Origin: Camelus dromedarius
Taxonomy: Eukaryota
Length of the DNA stretch: 64,000 nucleotides
Assembly (NCBI RefSeq): GCF_036321535.1
Contig: NC_087458.1
Coordinates: 5,766,001-5,830,000 of the forward strand
Reading direction: 5' to 3'
Part shown: positions 1 to 11,852 of the stretch, piece by piece
Layout of the letters: each line of letters opens with the position of its first letter
Numbering within the stretch: position 1 is the stretch's first letter
Position numbers and translations under genes: made by a program
The notes under the pieces: generated by a model
Seen by the model: the letters and a program-made list of their open reading frames with translations, nothing else
Told to the model about the DNA's origin: nothing
Databases searched by the model: none

Positions 1-163
1 GGCACAGCCCCTCCTCGGGAGACCCAGCGTTGGACCTCCAGTCCTCAGGGCTAAGCTAGGGTGGGAGGAGGGCTATCCTCAGATGAGGAAGTCTGAGGAC
101 CTGGGTGCAACTGGAAAGGGGCACCACAGTGTGTCCCCACAAGGTTGTCTGAAGAATCCAATT

Positions 164-311
164 GGAGGGATGGTATATCTCAGAAGAGTGCATGCTTAAT
201 ATGCATGAAGTCCTAGGTTCAATCCCCAGGACATCCATTAAAAAAATAAATAAATAAACCTAATTACCTACCTACCCCCCCTAGAAAAACAAAAAAAGAG
301 CTTTTAAAAAA
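164..311 (+). mobile_element. tRNA-Ala-derived camelid SINE (Vic-1 type)
   Basis: Head GGAGGGATGGTATATCTCAG...GGTTCAATCCCCAG, A-rich tail, 12-bp TSD AAGAATCCAATT at 152-163 and 312-323. Confidence 0.9.
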
Positions 312-477
312 AAGAATCCAATTAGACAAGAGTCATGAAAGCAATATATAAACTGCATAAAGGTCAATAGAGATGGCAGCTGTATTGCTCAGGGGAAGTC
401 TGTACATGTGTGAGTGTCTCCGTAACTGTGTCTTCACATCCACAAGCCAAATAGGAACTTAAAAGATGTTTATGGGT

Positions 478-698
478 GGAGGATAAATTAAGAGTATGGG
501 ATTCACAGATACACACTACTATATAGAAAATAGATAAGCAAGAGGGATTAACTGTATAGCCCAGGGAACTATATTCAATATTGTAATAACCTATAATGGA
601 AAAGAAGTTGAAAATAAGTATATATAATTGAATCACTTTGCTGTGCACCTGAAACTAACACAATATTGTAAATCAACTATACTTCAGTGAAAAAAGAA
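478..698 (+). mobile_element. 5'-truncated cetartiodactyl L1 3' end (L1_Art-like)
   Basis: GGGATTCACAGATACACACTACTATAT...CACCTGAAACTAACACAATATTGTAAATCAACTATACTTC, then an A-rich end; a typical artiodactyl L1 3' UTR. Confidence 0.75.
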
Positions 699-974
699 GA
701 TTCATTGCTGGAGTGATGGCAAGAGTTGGACCGTCCTGGTTCATGAACCTCAGCTTTGTACACGGGCTGCTTTGGGAAGTTACTTAACCTCTCTGAGCTT
801 CAGTTTCCCTCCAGTTAAGTTGTACAAAACACCTGGTGGAGAGTCTGACCAGTGACCTACCCGTTCATTCTCAGCCCTCTTTCTGCTGGGGACCAGGAAG
901 TGAGCGTTCGGTGCCCACTGTGCTTCCGCCCCAGGCAGCCAGAGCGAGTTCTCTGCCCCGACTCGCCCAACTCA

Positions 975-1205
<231 letters not shown>

Positions 1206-1539
1206 TCACAGAGACACCCCTGTTTTCCCTATCCCACCCCCAGTCATGTATTCTGAATGCCCACCCGACTCCCATCCCTCAGGGAGCACTTGGAGCAACC
1301 CTGCTCCCGCTAGAGAGGCTGCCTAGAAAAGCAGGGCTTGGAGGGGAGATGGTGTGGGAAATTCATGCTTGGGGCAGTGAACACCTGCAGGGCCTAGTGC
1401 ACAGGCTCTGGGTTTCAGGCAGCCAGCTCACAAGAGTGCTTTCTCCACCCCTCACTCTATCCAGTGTACTCCCATGGCTCAGCCCACAGCAGCCCCACCC
1501 TAACCCATTCTCCCTCCCAGCGCGGGGTGAGGCCGCTGG

Positions 1540-2100
1540 AGGCCTGCCCAGGGGCCCCGTAGCGGAAAAAACCAGCGGCCTAGAGCCCAGCATGGGGAGG
1601 GGCAGGGTGAGGTGGCAGAGGCTTCGGATGCAGGGGAGGGACCAGGAGGCCACCCTCCCTTGGGCTAGGCTGCTGCGTGCAGGGCAGAGGCTCCTAGGAC
1701 ACAAGCAGACAAAAGTCCACAGTCGCCTTCTGCATTCACCGTGCTCCCTACATCCGAGGGCGAACACACGAGCTTGTGCAACCCAGCAGACACAAGCCAA
1801 GGTGCATGCCCACCAGTCACACATGCGCTAAAACACACTACAGCATCTGCAAGCCCCAGCGTCACGAAACCACACAGAGGGCTCCCACCCAGCCACCTGC
1901 ACACTTTTTCTTTTGTGTTTTTTTTTTCTCTCTCTTGCAAGCACACACGCGTGCATGCCCACCACACACACGCACATGTCCCAGCCCAGAGCCTCTGCAT
2001 CAGAATCTCACATCTGGATCCACTTAGTCATCTGGTCCCCACCAGCTTCCCCTTCTTCTGCCCCAACAGCCCTTGCAAGCCAGTCAGGAGACCACAACTC
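1540..2100 (-). promoter_or_regulatory. S100A4: Candidate S100A4 intron-1 enhancer
   Basis: kB-like TGGTTTTTCC (about 1563-1572), RUNX cores ACCACA (1868-1874, 2090-2096) and an alternating purine-pyrimidine tract (about 1941-1978). An intron-1 kB/CBF enhancer is known for mouse S100a4; orthology was not verified. Confidence 0.4.
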
Positions 2101-2102
2101 AC

Positions 2103-2187
2103 CAGGCCAAGAGAGAGGAAGCTCTGAGGAGAGAGGGTTGGGGAGAGAGGAAGAGTGGGGAGAGCCCAGCAGTGTGACCTATTTATA
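2103..2187 (-). promoter_or_regulatory. S100A4: S100A4 TATA box and non-coding exon 1
   Basis: Minus-strand TATAAA at 2182-2187, a pyrimidine-rich exon about 30 nt downstream, and donor CTG|GTGAGT at 2103/2102. Confidence 0.85.
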
Positions 2188-3267
2188 CCCTGGCCAGGCC
2201 CTGCCCATGGCAGGGGATGGGGGAGAGCGGGAGACAGCCCTCCTATCGTGAGCTGATGTGGTAAATGCCACGGGCCCCCTCCACCAGCCCAGCCTGCAAA
2301 CCCAGTTTCCTGCCCTGAGCAGGCAGAGATGGATAATGGAAGACCTCCGCTGGGCACAGGGAGGGGCCCTGGTTGGGTGGGCACCCCCACGTGCGCAGCT
2401 CAGCCTGAGTTTTAGGGAGCTAGAGGAAGGGGCAGTCTGTGCCTGGGGCGTGAGGGACAGGGATGGTGTGGTCCCACTGAGCAGCCGGCATAGAGGAAAC
2501 GGGTTCGGGGTGGTGGGTAACAGGTGGGAAATTGCCCTGGAGTGAGGCTGCCTAGGAACACAGGGAAGGGACCCCAGGCTCGGTGCTGGGGACAACTCAG
2601 GCTGTCCTTCTCCCCTTCCCCAAAGGCTCTCTGCCAGGCTGGGTGACGCCCAGGACAGGAGCTGCAGGTCTCGGGGGAGGAACAGATTGACACCCAAGGA
2701 GGTGCTGGGACCCCCACAAGCAGGTCCATGGAGGAAGGTTTTGGGTGAAGTCGTGATGGAATGGAGAAGGGGAGTCAGGCCTAGGGGCTCAGAAACGGAC
2801 TGAAGGGACCAAGAGAGGATGCAGAGGTGAAGCAGAAGGTGTCAGAAGAGGGAGTTGAGAGTTGGGATGGGTGACAAAAGTGATGAGTGCAAGTTGGGGT
2901 GGAAAGTTAGAGACAACATGGCACAAAATGGGGGAGGCAGGGATCAAGGTAACCTCTTCGGTCTGGGTATGACCTCAGGGATTGAGGGAGGGTCCGAAGT
3001 AAGGGGTTAAGTCCCTCAGGTGGCTGTAGCTTCTGGGATGGGGTCTGCCTGAAGGGGTCCCCTTCCCCCTCCAATGCAGGGCACCCCTCCTCTGCTGATC
3101 AGGGAGCAACATCTTAGTCAGACCTCTAATCCCATTAGTGCTGCACCGTGGGCTCCCACAGCCCAGCGGGGCGGGGGGAATAGACCCACTCCCTCCCCTA
3201 TAGCTCCACCCTCCTCCCAGAACATCCTGTCAGGTGGACAGCCCAAGGGAGCTGCTTCTTCAAAGAC

Positions 3268-3270
<3 letters not shown>

Positions 3271-3320
<50 letters not shown>
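3271..3320 (+). repeat. (AG)25 microsatellite
   Basis: Perfect dinucleotide run read directly. Confidence 0.97.
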
Positions 3321-3322
<2 letters not shown>

Positions 3323-3882
3323 CCCCCAGCCACCAGCCTCCCACAGACAAGATCCCTGTGTTGATCCCAGCCCCTCCTGCTGGATATTGAAAACATTTCA
3401 TTTCCGCAGGGCCAGAAACTGCCCTCAGCCTCCCATCCTCCAGTGGCCAGAGAGGAGCGAAGCCTCGGCAGGACTCTGACCTGACCCCAGCTATCCTCTC
3501 AGAAGAACCAAACAAAGCCAAGTGATGCCAGTTCTTTATTAGGAGAGAAACAGGACCTTTCTCGCCATGGTCTCATTCCTGCACATACTCTGTGGGCCTG
3601 GACAGTCTCAAAGCAGATCCCCGCCTCCAGCCAACATGGGCCACAGTGAGGAGGCAGCGGCTGGCTGCTCTACTGGTCACTCACTGAGATCCTTGGGGAG
3701 GTCCCCTCATGCCTCCTGGACTCACAGATAAATGGGTTCACAGATTAGGGGCAAACCTGGGAGATTCTGGATGGAGGGGACACGAGGAGGGAAGGGGAGC
3801 TGACAGACCCAGGACAGCTCAGGGCAGAGATGGAGCAGGTCCTAAGCAGACCCAGATCCCTGCCCCAGGGCAGCCCTGCCCA

Positions 3883-4047
3883 TTACTGAGAGCAGGGGGC
3901 TTCTGGGGGGCAGTTCTTGAAGTATTCGTGGCAGTAGATGCAGAGGCAGGCAAGCTTGTTCATGTACTCCGCGAAGTCCACCTGCTGATCTTTGTTGGTG
4001 TCCAGGACACTCATCAATTTATTGTAGTCACACTCCCGAAGGCCCGT
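3883..4047 (-). CDS. S100A3: S100A3 last coding exon (codons 48-101 plus stop)
   Basis: TGLRECDYNKLMSVLDTNKDQQVDFAEYMNKLACLCIYCHEYFKNCPPEAPCSQ*, with the S100A3-specific Cys-rich C-terminus. Acceptor GCACAG|ACG; AATAAA at 3535-3540. Confidence 0.96.
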   Translation of the reverse strand, partial: TGLRECDYNKLMSVLDTNKDQQVDFAEYMNKLACLCIYCHEYFKNCPPEAPCSQ

Positions 4048-4219
4048 CTGTGCAGGGCAGGGTTGAGGAGGGATGGGGAGGCAGGTTGAGGAGGACAGAA
4101 CAGTCTCGTACACACATTCAGCTTCCCTTCCACCATCCTGGGTGGTCCCGCTCAATCCACACCCCTTCTATTCTGGTAACTCACCTGTGTCCGTCCCCCT
4201 CCCAAGTCCTCCTTCTCAG

Positions 4220-4385
4220 GCCATTTACTGAGCACCTGCTCTGTGCTACTGAGTGCCTACTGTGTGTCAGGCATTCTTCCCAGTGCTGTCGCTAGGTCCT
4301 CCGAACAGCCCTGCCAGGCCACCCGTGTGATGATTGTCCTCCCATTTCACAGGTGGGGAAATTGAGATTCCTGCTGTGTTAACCC
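4220..4385. mobile_element. MIR/L2 fragment in S100A3 intron 2
   Basis: ATTTACTGAGCACCTGCT...CCCATTTCACAGGTGGGGAAATTGAG hallmark motifs. Confidence 0.6.
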
Positions 4386-4514
4386 GCTTCCTAGCACCCC
4401 CTCCCCACAATCCGGCCTCCACCCCCTGGCTGTCTGATTCTCAACTCATCTCCAGGTCTCTCTTTGCAGAGTCTTAGCAGTGCTTCCCGTGGGATGGTCA
4501 CCCCAGGTGCTCAC

Positions 4515-4655
4515 CGGGGTCCAGGTGGGCAGCTCCGTCTGTACCAGCTCCTTGAGCTCCGCCTGGCAGAGCGTATAATTGTCCCCGAAGCGCTCAGCAT
4601 GTCTCTGGAAGCTGGATATAATTGTAGCCAACGCCTGCTCCAGAGGACTGGTCAT
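4515..4655 (-). CDS. S100A3: S100A3 first coding exon (codons 1-47)
   Basis: [47 protein letters not shown]. Acceptor GACAG|TGAGGATG (exon starts 4660); donor CCG|GTGAGC at 4515/4514. Joined ORF is 101 aa, like human S100A3. Confidence 0.95.
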
Positions 4656-5591
4656 CCTCACTGTCACAGAACAGGGGTACGACTCAGGGCAGAGGCCATG
4701 TCAGCCCCCTGCTCCTCCCTGCCTTCCGTGTGTCCCAGGGACTGTGCCCAGATCTGACTTAATCTCCTCCAGGCTTCCAGCCCCACAAACTGCCCCTCCT
4801 CTGAGTAGCCCTCCCTGACTACACCAGCCCCTCCTCATCTATTTCCCGACTGTCCCCTCCACACTTGTTCTTCCCCTGGACCGAGGACTTTTTTCTCCCC
4901 AACATCATTGCAAACCCCTCAGGGAGAGTGGCCCACCCCCTAGCTGGCACACCCCACCCAGGGGCTTCCTGAGGACTCCCTGATTCTCTCCACCTTTTCT
5001 CACCCCAACACCCAGCGAGGGCTCAGTCCCACTCTGCACCACCCCATCAGACACAGGCCCTGGCCCTAGAAGCCTCCTCCCCTTCCGACCCCAGAGTTCC
5101 TTCTCTAGGAACCTGTACTAGGAGACCCTGGCCCCGTGTACCCCGTCCTCGGGCCCTTGGCAAGGCTGGGCATTCTCAGGGAGGGTCAGATCTCAGAAGA
5201 ACCCCCCACCTCACCAACACAGGTATGCACCTACCAATGTGTGATCTGCCCCACCTGAGGCCATCCCCCTGACCCCAGGGGTCTTGAGACAGAAGGCTCT
5301 GCAGAAGGGTACCCTGCTCTGTTAAAGGGGAAATCCTTCCTGGAATGGCCCACCCCCGCCATTCCACTGGCCCCACCCACCACCCTTCAGGGAGTTGCCT
5401 CCAGCCTGGGGAAACCATAAGGCAGCCAGGAAGGCATGTGTTGTTTCCATGTGAGCCCAATGACTCACGCCTGGTTCCCCCAGGGGACAGGAGTCCTGCA
5501 ACACGAGGCAGCCTGGGCCAGGGCTCTCTCCCTGATGTTTCCCCCTCTGCTGGGCCCTGTGGAGCAAATGGCCAGCCTGGTTGTGGCTGGC

Positions 5592-5611
5592 GGGGGGGGG
5601 GGGGGGGGGGG
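5592..5611 (+). repeat. G20 homopolymer in a G-rich tract upstream of S100A3
   Basis: 20 consecutive G followed by GGGGGAGGGGGAGGGG. Confidence 0.9.
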
Positions 5612-7599
5612 AGGTGCAGGGCTGGGGGAGGGGGAGGGGCCCTGCCCTGCCTGAGGTCTAACTGTCTGTGACAGCTCAGGATTGGGGCAGGGGGCAGGAA
5701 GGGTCGCGATGTCAGGGAACAGGGAACTGCAGAGGTGCCTGGCCGCCCTTCCCAGCTCCTGCCAGCCTGCCTGGCGCCACTGCTGTTGCTCTTTCAGAGG
5801 CTCCGTGCCTGGCAACCGGAAGGAGTCCTCTCCTCCGCAGGGCCCTAGCCCGTCTCAACCTGCTGACAGGAATGAAGGAGGCGGTGGGGGCAGGGAGGGT
5901 GATAGCAGCACCTTTAGCTTTTAGCTCATTGCCCGCGCCGCTCGGCCAGACCTCAGCTCTGCACACCCCCAAACCCAAGCTCCCCAACAACTCCTCGCTG
6001 TAAGAGGGCACCCCTGAATCCACCATATCTGATTCCCTTCGCCTCGTCAATCCCTGCTGTGGTCATCCCTCTGCCCCCTAGGCCAGACCCTGGGCCAGGA
6101 GCCGGACCCCGGCCACTCACCACCCAGCCCAGGGCAGGACCCAGGCAGCCGGCACTCACCCCCGGTGCTGGTGTTTCAGCTCTAAGAGCCCAGCCACAAG
6201 GCATCCCTATTTGTAGCTTTCCAAGGAGAGAAAGGAGCAATTATGGGGGTCCAAGTAGGTCAAGCTGAGGGTGTCCCCAGGGGTTCCCCTGCTTCCTTCC
6301 TTGGCAACCCCTATTACAGGCCCCACCCACCCACCTAGCCATGCACACATCAAAGGCCCACTCTGGGCTGCAGACACCACCACCTCTTCATTTTCCCTCT
6401 GCACAGCCTCCTGCCTGTCTCCTTCCAGTGAGCTTGGAAGAGACAAGTGATTCATCACAACCATCCTCTATCCCTTCACACTGAAGAGACACTCCAAAAG
6501 ACAAAGTGGGGACACACTCTAGCCTCACCCCCAGAGAATCCCCGTGCCAGAGGGGGTCTTGGAGGGCATCTGGTTAAGCCCCCTTATTTACGATGACAAC
6601 ACTGAGGCCATGAGACCACCTCCCTGCCTGATCTCCAGACCGATGGTGCTTGGCCGCTTTGGGCTGAGAACTGCTTCCTTCCCTGGGCAGATCGCCCGAG
6701 GGATGTCTTTGAGGCCTAGGAGGATATCCTAGGGGTGCTTCCAGAAGTCTAGGCTGCCTTCTCTTGGTTACCCCCCCCCCGACACCAAGTGCAGACTCAT
6801 GCCCGGGTGGCCTGTAGCCAGAGCTCCTCAGGCCTTTCCTGGCCCCCCTTGGCGCCAAGGCCGAGTTCCCTGCACTCCTGTGGGGTGGGGGTACATTGCC
6901 TCTGGGTTTTGGCTCAAGCAGGTAGCCCTGTGAGGTAGGAGGTGTCCCCCTTGTCTCCCCTCCTCAAATGGGCCCTTCCTCATGCCACAAACTGTCACAA
7001 ACTGTCAAAGCCAAAGGTCATTTGGGCTCGGTTTGGCCAATGCCCTCAGGGCCCAAGGGCCTCGGCACCCTGCCCACCTCCTGGAGTCTGCTTTCACTTA
7101 GATTATGATCTCCTCAATACTTGCTGCCTTGTGAGCTCGCCAATGCTTTGAAAAAAAATGTTTTTATTTTATCCAGATTTTTGGTTGTTCTTAGCTGCAG
7201 CCCGCACAAGCCACCATGTTAGCAGAAATGAAAATCCGTCGGTGTCATTTCCCTGTTCCCTCCCTCATCCCCAGGCCTGAGACACACACACCCCCCTCAC
7301 GTCACAGGAAGAGAAGGCAAGACCCAGCAGAGTGTGGGAGGGGGACGAGAAGTCAACACCCAGGCCTCTGAAGACCCCCAAATGCCCCTGGGGCAGCCAG
7401 AGAGCTCACGCCACCTGGACCTCACCCCGGGCCCCGCACCCAGAGCTCGCCTGTGCCAGCTCGCTGAAGACGCAGCCCCTGTGGGTGAAGGGAGTGGGCA
7501 GTGGGGAAGGCAAGGAGGGGAGAGCTGTGATTAACCTTGTTTTATAGGCAAGGAATTATGGGGAGTAGGGGACAGAGGTGGGGGCCAGAGTGGACCAGC

Positions 7600-8100
7600 A
7601 ATTAATTCGGTTCTAGGTCAAGCACTGTTCCCACCTATGACAGCCCGGCTCTGCCACCAGCCACCTCCCTCAAGCAGGTCACCTCATCTCTCTGGGCCTC
7701 CTTTTCCCATCTGTCGCTGGCCGAGGAAAATCGTGGCCACCACTCCACAGGATTGCTGTGAGGCTTAAATGAGTTAATATTTACAAAGCTCATAGGTAAA
7801 TAGCGCTGGTACACGGTAAGGGCAACATGTTAACCGAGAGGTAGGTAATTTGCCCAGGTCACATAACTAATTAGCGGCAGGGTGAGAGCCTTTCATTATT
7901 AATATTATTACAAATATTTAGAGGCACCTGTCATGAGCATTGGGGGTACAGCTGTAAACAAAACAGACAAAACCCAAGCTCTGTGGCGAGGACCACCTCA
8001 GGGAAGTAACAGACACATGTCTGCTAGACTGGCGATGGAAGTGCTCGGAAGAACCATACAGCAGGGCTAAGGGGGAAGTGGTGGTGGGACCTGGAGAGCT
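7600..8100. mobile_element. MIR followed by L2 3' fragment
   Basis: TCTCTGGGCCTCCTTTTCCCATCTGT...GGATTGCTGTGAGGCTTAAATGAG (MIR core); GGGGGTACAGCTGTAAACAAAACAGACAAA (L2 3' end). Confidence 0.65.
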
Positions 8101-9547
8101 TTATCTGGGTGGTCAGGGAAGAGCTGGGCAGCCTCTTCCCAGCCCGGGTCCTTCTCCTTCAGCTTTTCACGTTTCACGGCCTGGCTGCACCTGCCTGGGA
8201 CGCCTCACCTTTGTTTGTCCACTGGGAGAGGCTCAGACTGCGGGGCATCAGGGGGAGAACCAGACCTTTCCCACGAGGTCACTGTCTCCAGGCTTCTGCC
8301 TCCATGCAAGCGGTGGGCAGAGCTGCAGCCTCTCTTCCTTTGCTTTCCCAAGTTCCTCTGGCCATGACTGGAATCTTCCTGGCCTGCTGAGAGTTCCTTC
8401 CCAGCGTCTACTCAGAAACCCCCTTCTGCTGTGGTTCCAAATGCACGTGACACCAGCCAGCCCTCCGAGACCCAGACAGGGGCCATCCCCCTCCTTTCCC
8501 ACCCTCCGCTGTCCACACCGTCCACTCGATTCTCTACCCTGGACGGAGCCCAATGCCCTTGGCCTCTCTCCCAAGCTGCCCTACTGCAGATGTGGAGCTG
8601 ACCCCCGAGAAGTGCGTCACATCTGGAAGAGAAGGAACCAGGTGAGTGTGGGAGAGTGGGAGCAGGTGCTCTCTGACCTGGCAGGGCTGTCCCTCTCTCC
8701 TCCCCATCTCTCCCTGCCTCTGGCTCCCACTGTCACCACCACCACCTTACAAAGGCTCCTGGGAAACTGCCTTGCCCTCTGAAGGTCGGTGTCTGGTTCT
8801 GCCCCTCAGGGAGAAATAAGATGAAGGGCCCCAGAGCACCCAGACACTCATGGGCTTGTGCCAAAGAGACCTGGGCCGGAGGGACAGGGTGACCCTAGCC
8901 CCAGTCCAGAGTCCCAGGGGGCCAATCAACCTCTTCAGTCTGATTCTCCTCCTTTCTCACCATCTGAGGCAAGTGTGGGGACAGTGTGGGAAGGAGTATT
9001 GGATTACTGGGGCTGGAGTCAAGGAGGCTTTTGCTACAGAATTGAAGGGGGAGAAGATCTGAGTTGGGGATCTAGGAGAGCCTGGGGGGCTTCGACCTAC
9101 TACCTCACTGAATGCCCAGTCATTGCCTGATTGTCCCCATTTCCCAGATGGGAGCACTGAGTTGGTGGGGAGATGGATCAAGGGACTTAAATGTGGGCAC
9201 GTGGGGAGCCCCATTTCAGTCATTCTCCTGCCTCAGAACCCACCTGTTGCTTTCAGTCTCTCTCTTCTTGGAGGGTCGATAGGCTGTCAGGGATAGACCC
9301 CAAAGAGCACAGGACAAAGTGACAGCAGGATGTGATGGGAGGTGCAGTATGTATTCCTGAGGGTCACCTCCCAGCCGCGACTCAGGAGGAGGTGAGAGAG
9401 AATCTGGCCAGCAGGCCTTTGAACAGCACCATTTCCCGGACCCTCCTGCTCTCAGCAGATTTGTGGGGAGAGGCGGGATGAGGGAAGATTGTTGAGACCA
9501 GCTAAGAAAGTTACGAGTTTGTTAGTTTGTCTAATACATAGAAGGAA

Positions 9548-9655
9548 GGGGGGAAGGATATAGCTCAAGTGGTAGAGTGCAAGGCTTAGCATACCCAAGG
9601 TCCTGGGTTCAATCCCCAGTACCTCCTCCAAAAATAAAAATAAGTAAACCTAATA
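9548..9655 (+). mobile_element. Camelid tRNA-Ala SINE (Vic-1 type)
   Basis: GGATATAGCTCAAGTGGTAGAG...GTCCTGGGTTCAATCCCCAGTACCTCC plus A-rich tail. Confidence 0.9.
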
Positions 9656-11706
9656 TACAGACAGAAATTAGCCCCAGGCAGTGCCTAGCCAGCCAGGGGC
9701 AACTTCAGAGGCAGTCAACTCAGGCCAGTGTCCACCAACCCAAAGAGCCCCAGAGCCTGGAAATGAGCCCCAGGATCCCACGTGAGCAATCAGACTACAG
9801 TAAACGAGTCGCTGGCAAGCGGACCCACTTCTTCCCCTTGGATTCAGGATCAAGAGACCAAGAGCATCTGGACTCTGCTCACCCAGGTCCCCTTCATCGC
9901 ACACCAAGCTTTGGAGGAAGGGGAGGCACCCCACCACTACCCCATCCACCCCATCCCCATCCCATAGGGGTATAGGGGTAAGTTTCTTACAGACCCAGGT
10001 CAATTCCCAACACTGCTCTTGATTTAATCTCCCAGCCCCTCCTCCATGAAATGCAGAAACTAACAACACCTCCGAGTGCTACAAGGATTACTTGCAAAGG
10101 CCTAGTGGAGACCCCGGCCACCTCTCTTTTCATTGCTGGGGCCTGCCCAGCCTCACCTCACCAGCTCCAGACGTGCAGCTAAGTTAGAGCAGTGAGAACA
10201 GGCAGGTTGCCCCAGAACCTCCTCACTTCCTTCCACCTTTGGGGAGCTCTTGTCTGAGCTACTCTGTAAGCAGATCCAAGCATCAGCGCTTCCAGGGGAC
10301 TAAGAAAAGTAAGAAAACAATTCAGGAAAATCTTGTTCACTGCTTGTCTACTATCCATGCCCCCCTTTCCTTATTATTAAAACCCTTTTTCTTTTCTTTC
10401 AAAGTGTCACGATGCCCAGCTCAAAATAGTTGGTTGTAGCTAGGACTAGCTATATTATATAGCTAAGGCCAAAGAGATGGAAGTAGAAATCCCTGGAGAG
10501 AGTGCTTCTTGCGTGATAAGAAGGCAAAAGTCTCTTGAAGGAAAGCTTTTTGCACCTTACCTGTCCTCTGTCTTCCAACCTGGAACATGGACAGTGAGAC
10601 CTGGAGATATAGCAGCCATCTTGTGATCATGAAGCAACATTCATGAGGGGAAAAGCATACATACTATAGATAACAGAGCAAAAAAAAATGAAAAGACAAT
10701 GGGTGTCATATGACACGACTGGGCCCCTGAACCAACCCTGAACTGCCTACCCCGGACTTCTTGTTACATAGGGCAATTAAAGCCACTATTATTAGATTAT
10801 CTGGAACTCAAAACTGCATAAATTCCTAACTGATAGAGATTTTTACATCTGAAAGTGGAGTCCTCAAACAAAAGAATCTAAAAGGTGAAACTGGCCAAGT
10901 GGAGGAGGGAAGATAGTGAGATATGAGGACCCAATACATACAGGCTGAAAAGTCAGGAAGCTTTGCTAGAAAATGACAAAATATTCAATCAAACTGTCCC
11001 CTGATGTATCTTGGGATGCAGACCAAATGGAAACCTAGGTGCAGTGATAGAGGAAGTGGTAGGAAAAGCTTAGCAAATCAGCATGAGCTGGCTGGCTCCT
11101 GGAAACTTTCATCAAAGACCTGAAAGAGAAAGAGGCTGCTATTACAAAAACTTAAAGTGGGTGTAATTGGCTTTGGGACAAGGCAATGAATGGGTGCAAG
11201 CTAGAATGACCTCAAGACCTCAAGGAGGTTGCTAGTAATAATTTGAAGGAGAGCGAGGAAGTTGTTACTGGAGACTGAAGAAAAGGAGACCCCTATTGTG
11301 TCGTACTGGAATGTCTGGAAACGCTAGTATCCATGGTAACGTGCAAAACAGAAAGATTACCTAATGAACTCACGGGTTGGCTAAGGAGATTTTTAGACAG
11401 AATCCTGAAAGTCCCAACTGGCTTCTTCTGGCTGCCTGTGATAAGATATGAGAAGAAAGAAATGAACTAAAGAAGAAACTCTTCAGCTTTGAGCAGAATT
11501 TAGAGGAAATATAGAGGGCCCCAGACAGCCTTTCCAGGCAGCAAATGGCTCTCAAAGCAATAAATAGCCTCAGGGCAAAGATCAAATCCGAAGCCATGCC
11601 ATGGTAAAGGGTTTCAGAGTGAGATCACGTCAGAGGAGACTTCAAAAGGGTTTAAGGGCACGTCTCAGATCTTCTCAGACAAACAGTATGGCGTCTAATA
11701 ATTTTA

Positions 11707-11852
11707 CTTATTTATTTTTAATTTTGTAGGGGAGAGGTAATTAAGTTTATTTATTCATTTTTTTAATGGAGGTACTAGGGGATTGAACCCAGGACCCTGT
11801 GCATGCTGAGCACGTGTTCTACCACTGAGCTGTACCCTCCCCCTTGGCTTCC
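11707..11852 (-). mobile_element. Camelid tRNA-Ala SINE (Vic-1 type)
   Basis: Reverse-complement SINE head ending about 11843; TSD AATAATTTTA at 11697-11706 and 11853-11862. Confidence 0.9.

Noticed and set aside
56-238. Recurrent ORFs containing 'EVLGIEPRTSC(M/V)L'
   Set aside because: These are antisense translations of the SINE.
8590-8641. 52-nt exon-like segment (CTGCAG|...CAG|GTGAGT, plus strand)
   Set aside because: No partner exons, promoter or recognisable peptide; such signals arise by chance. Only RNA data could rescue it.
8078-8782. 234-aa ORF
   Set aside because: It starts in L2-derived sequence at a non-ATG codon, has the Pro/Ser/Leu bias of GC-rich non-coding DNA, and shows no recognisable domain.
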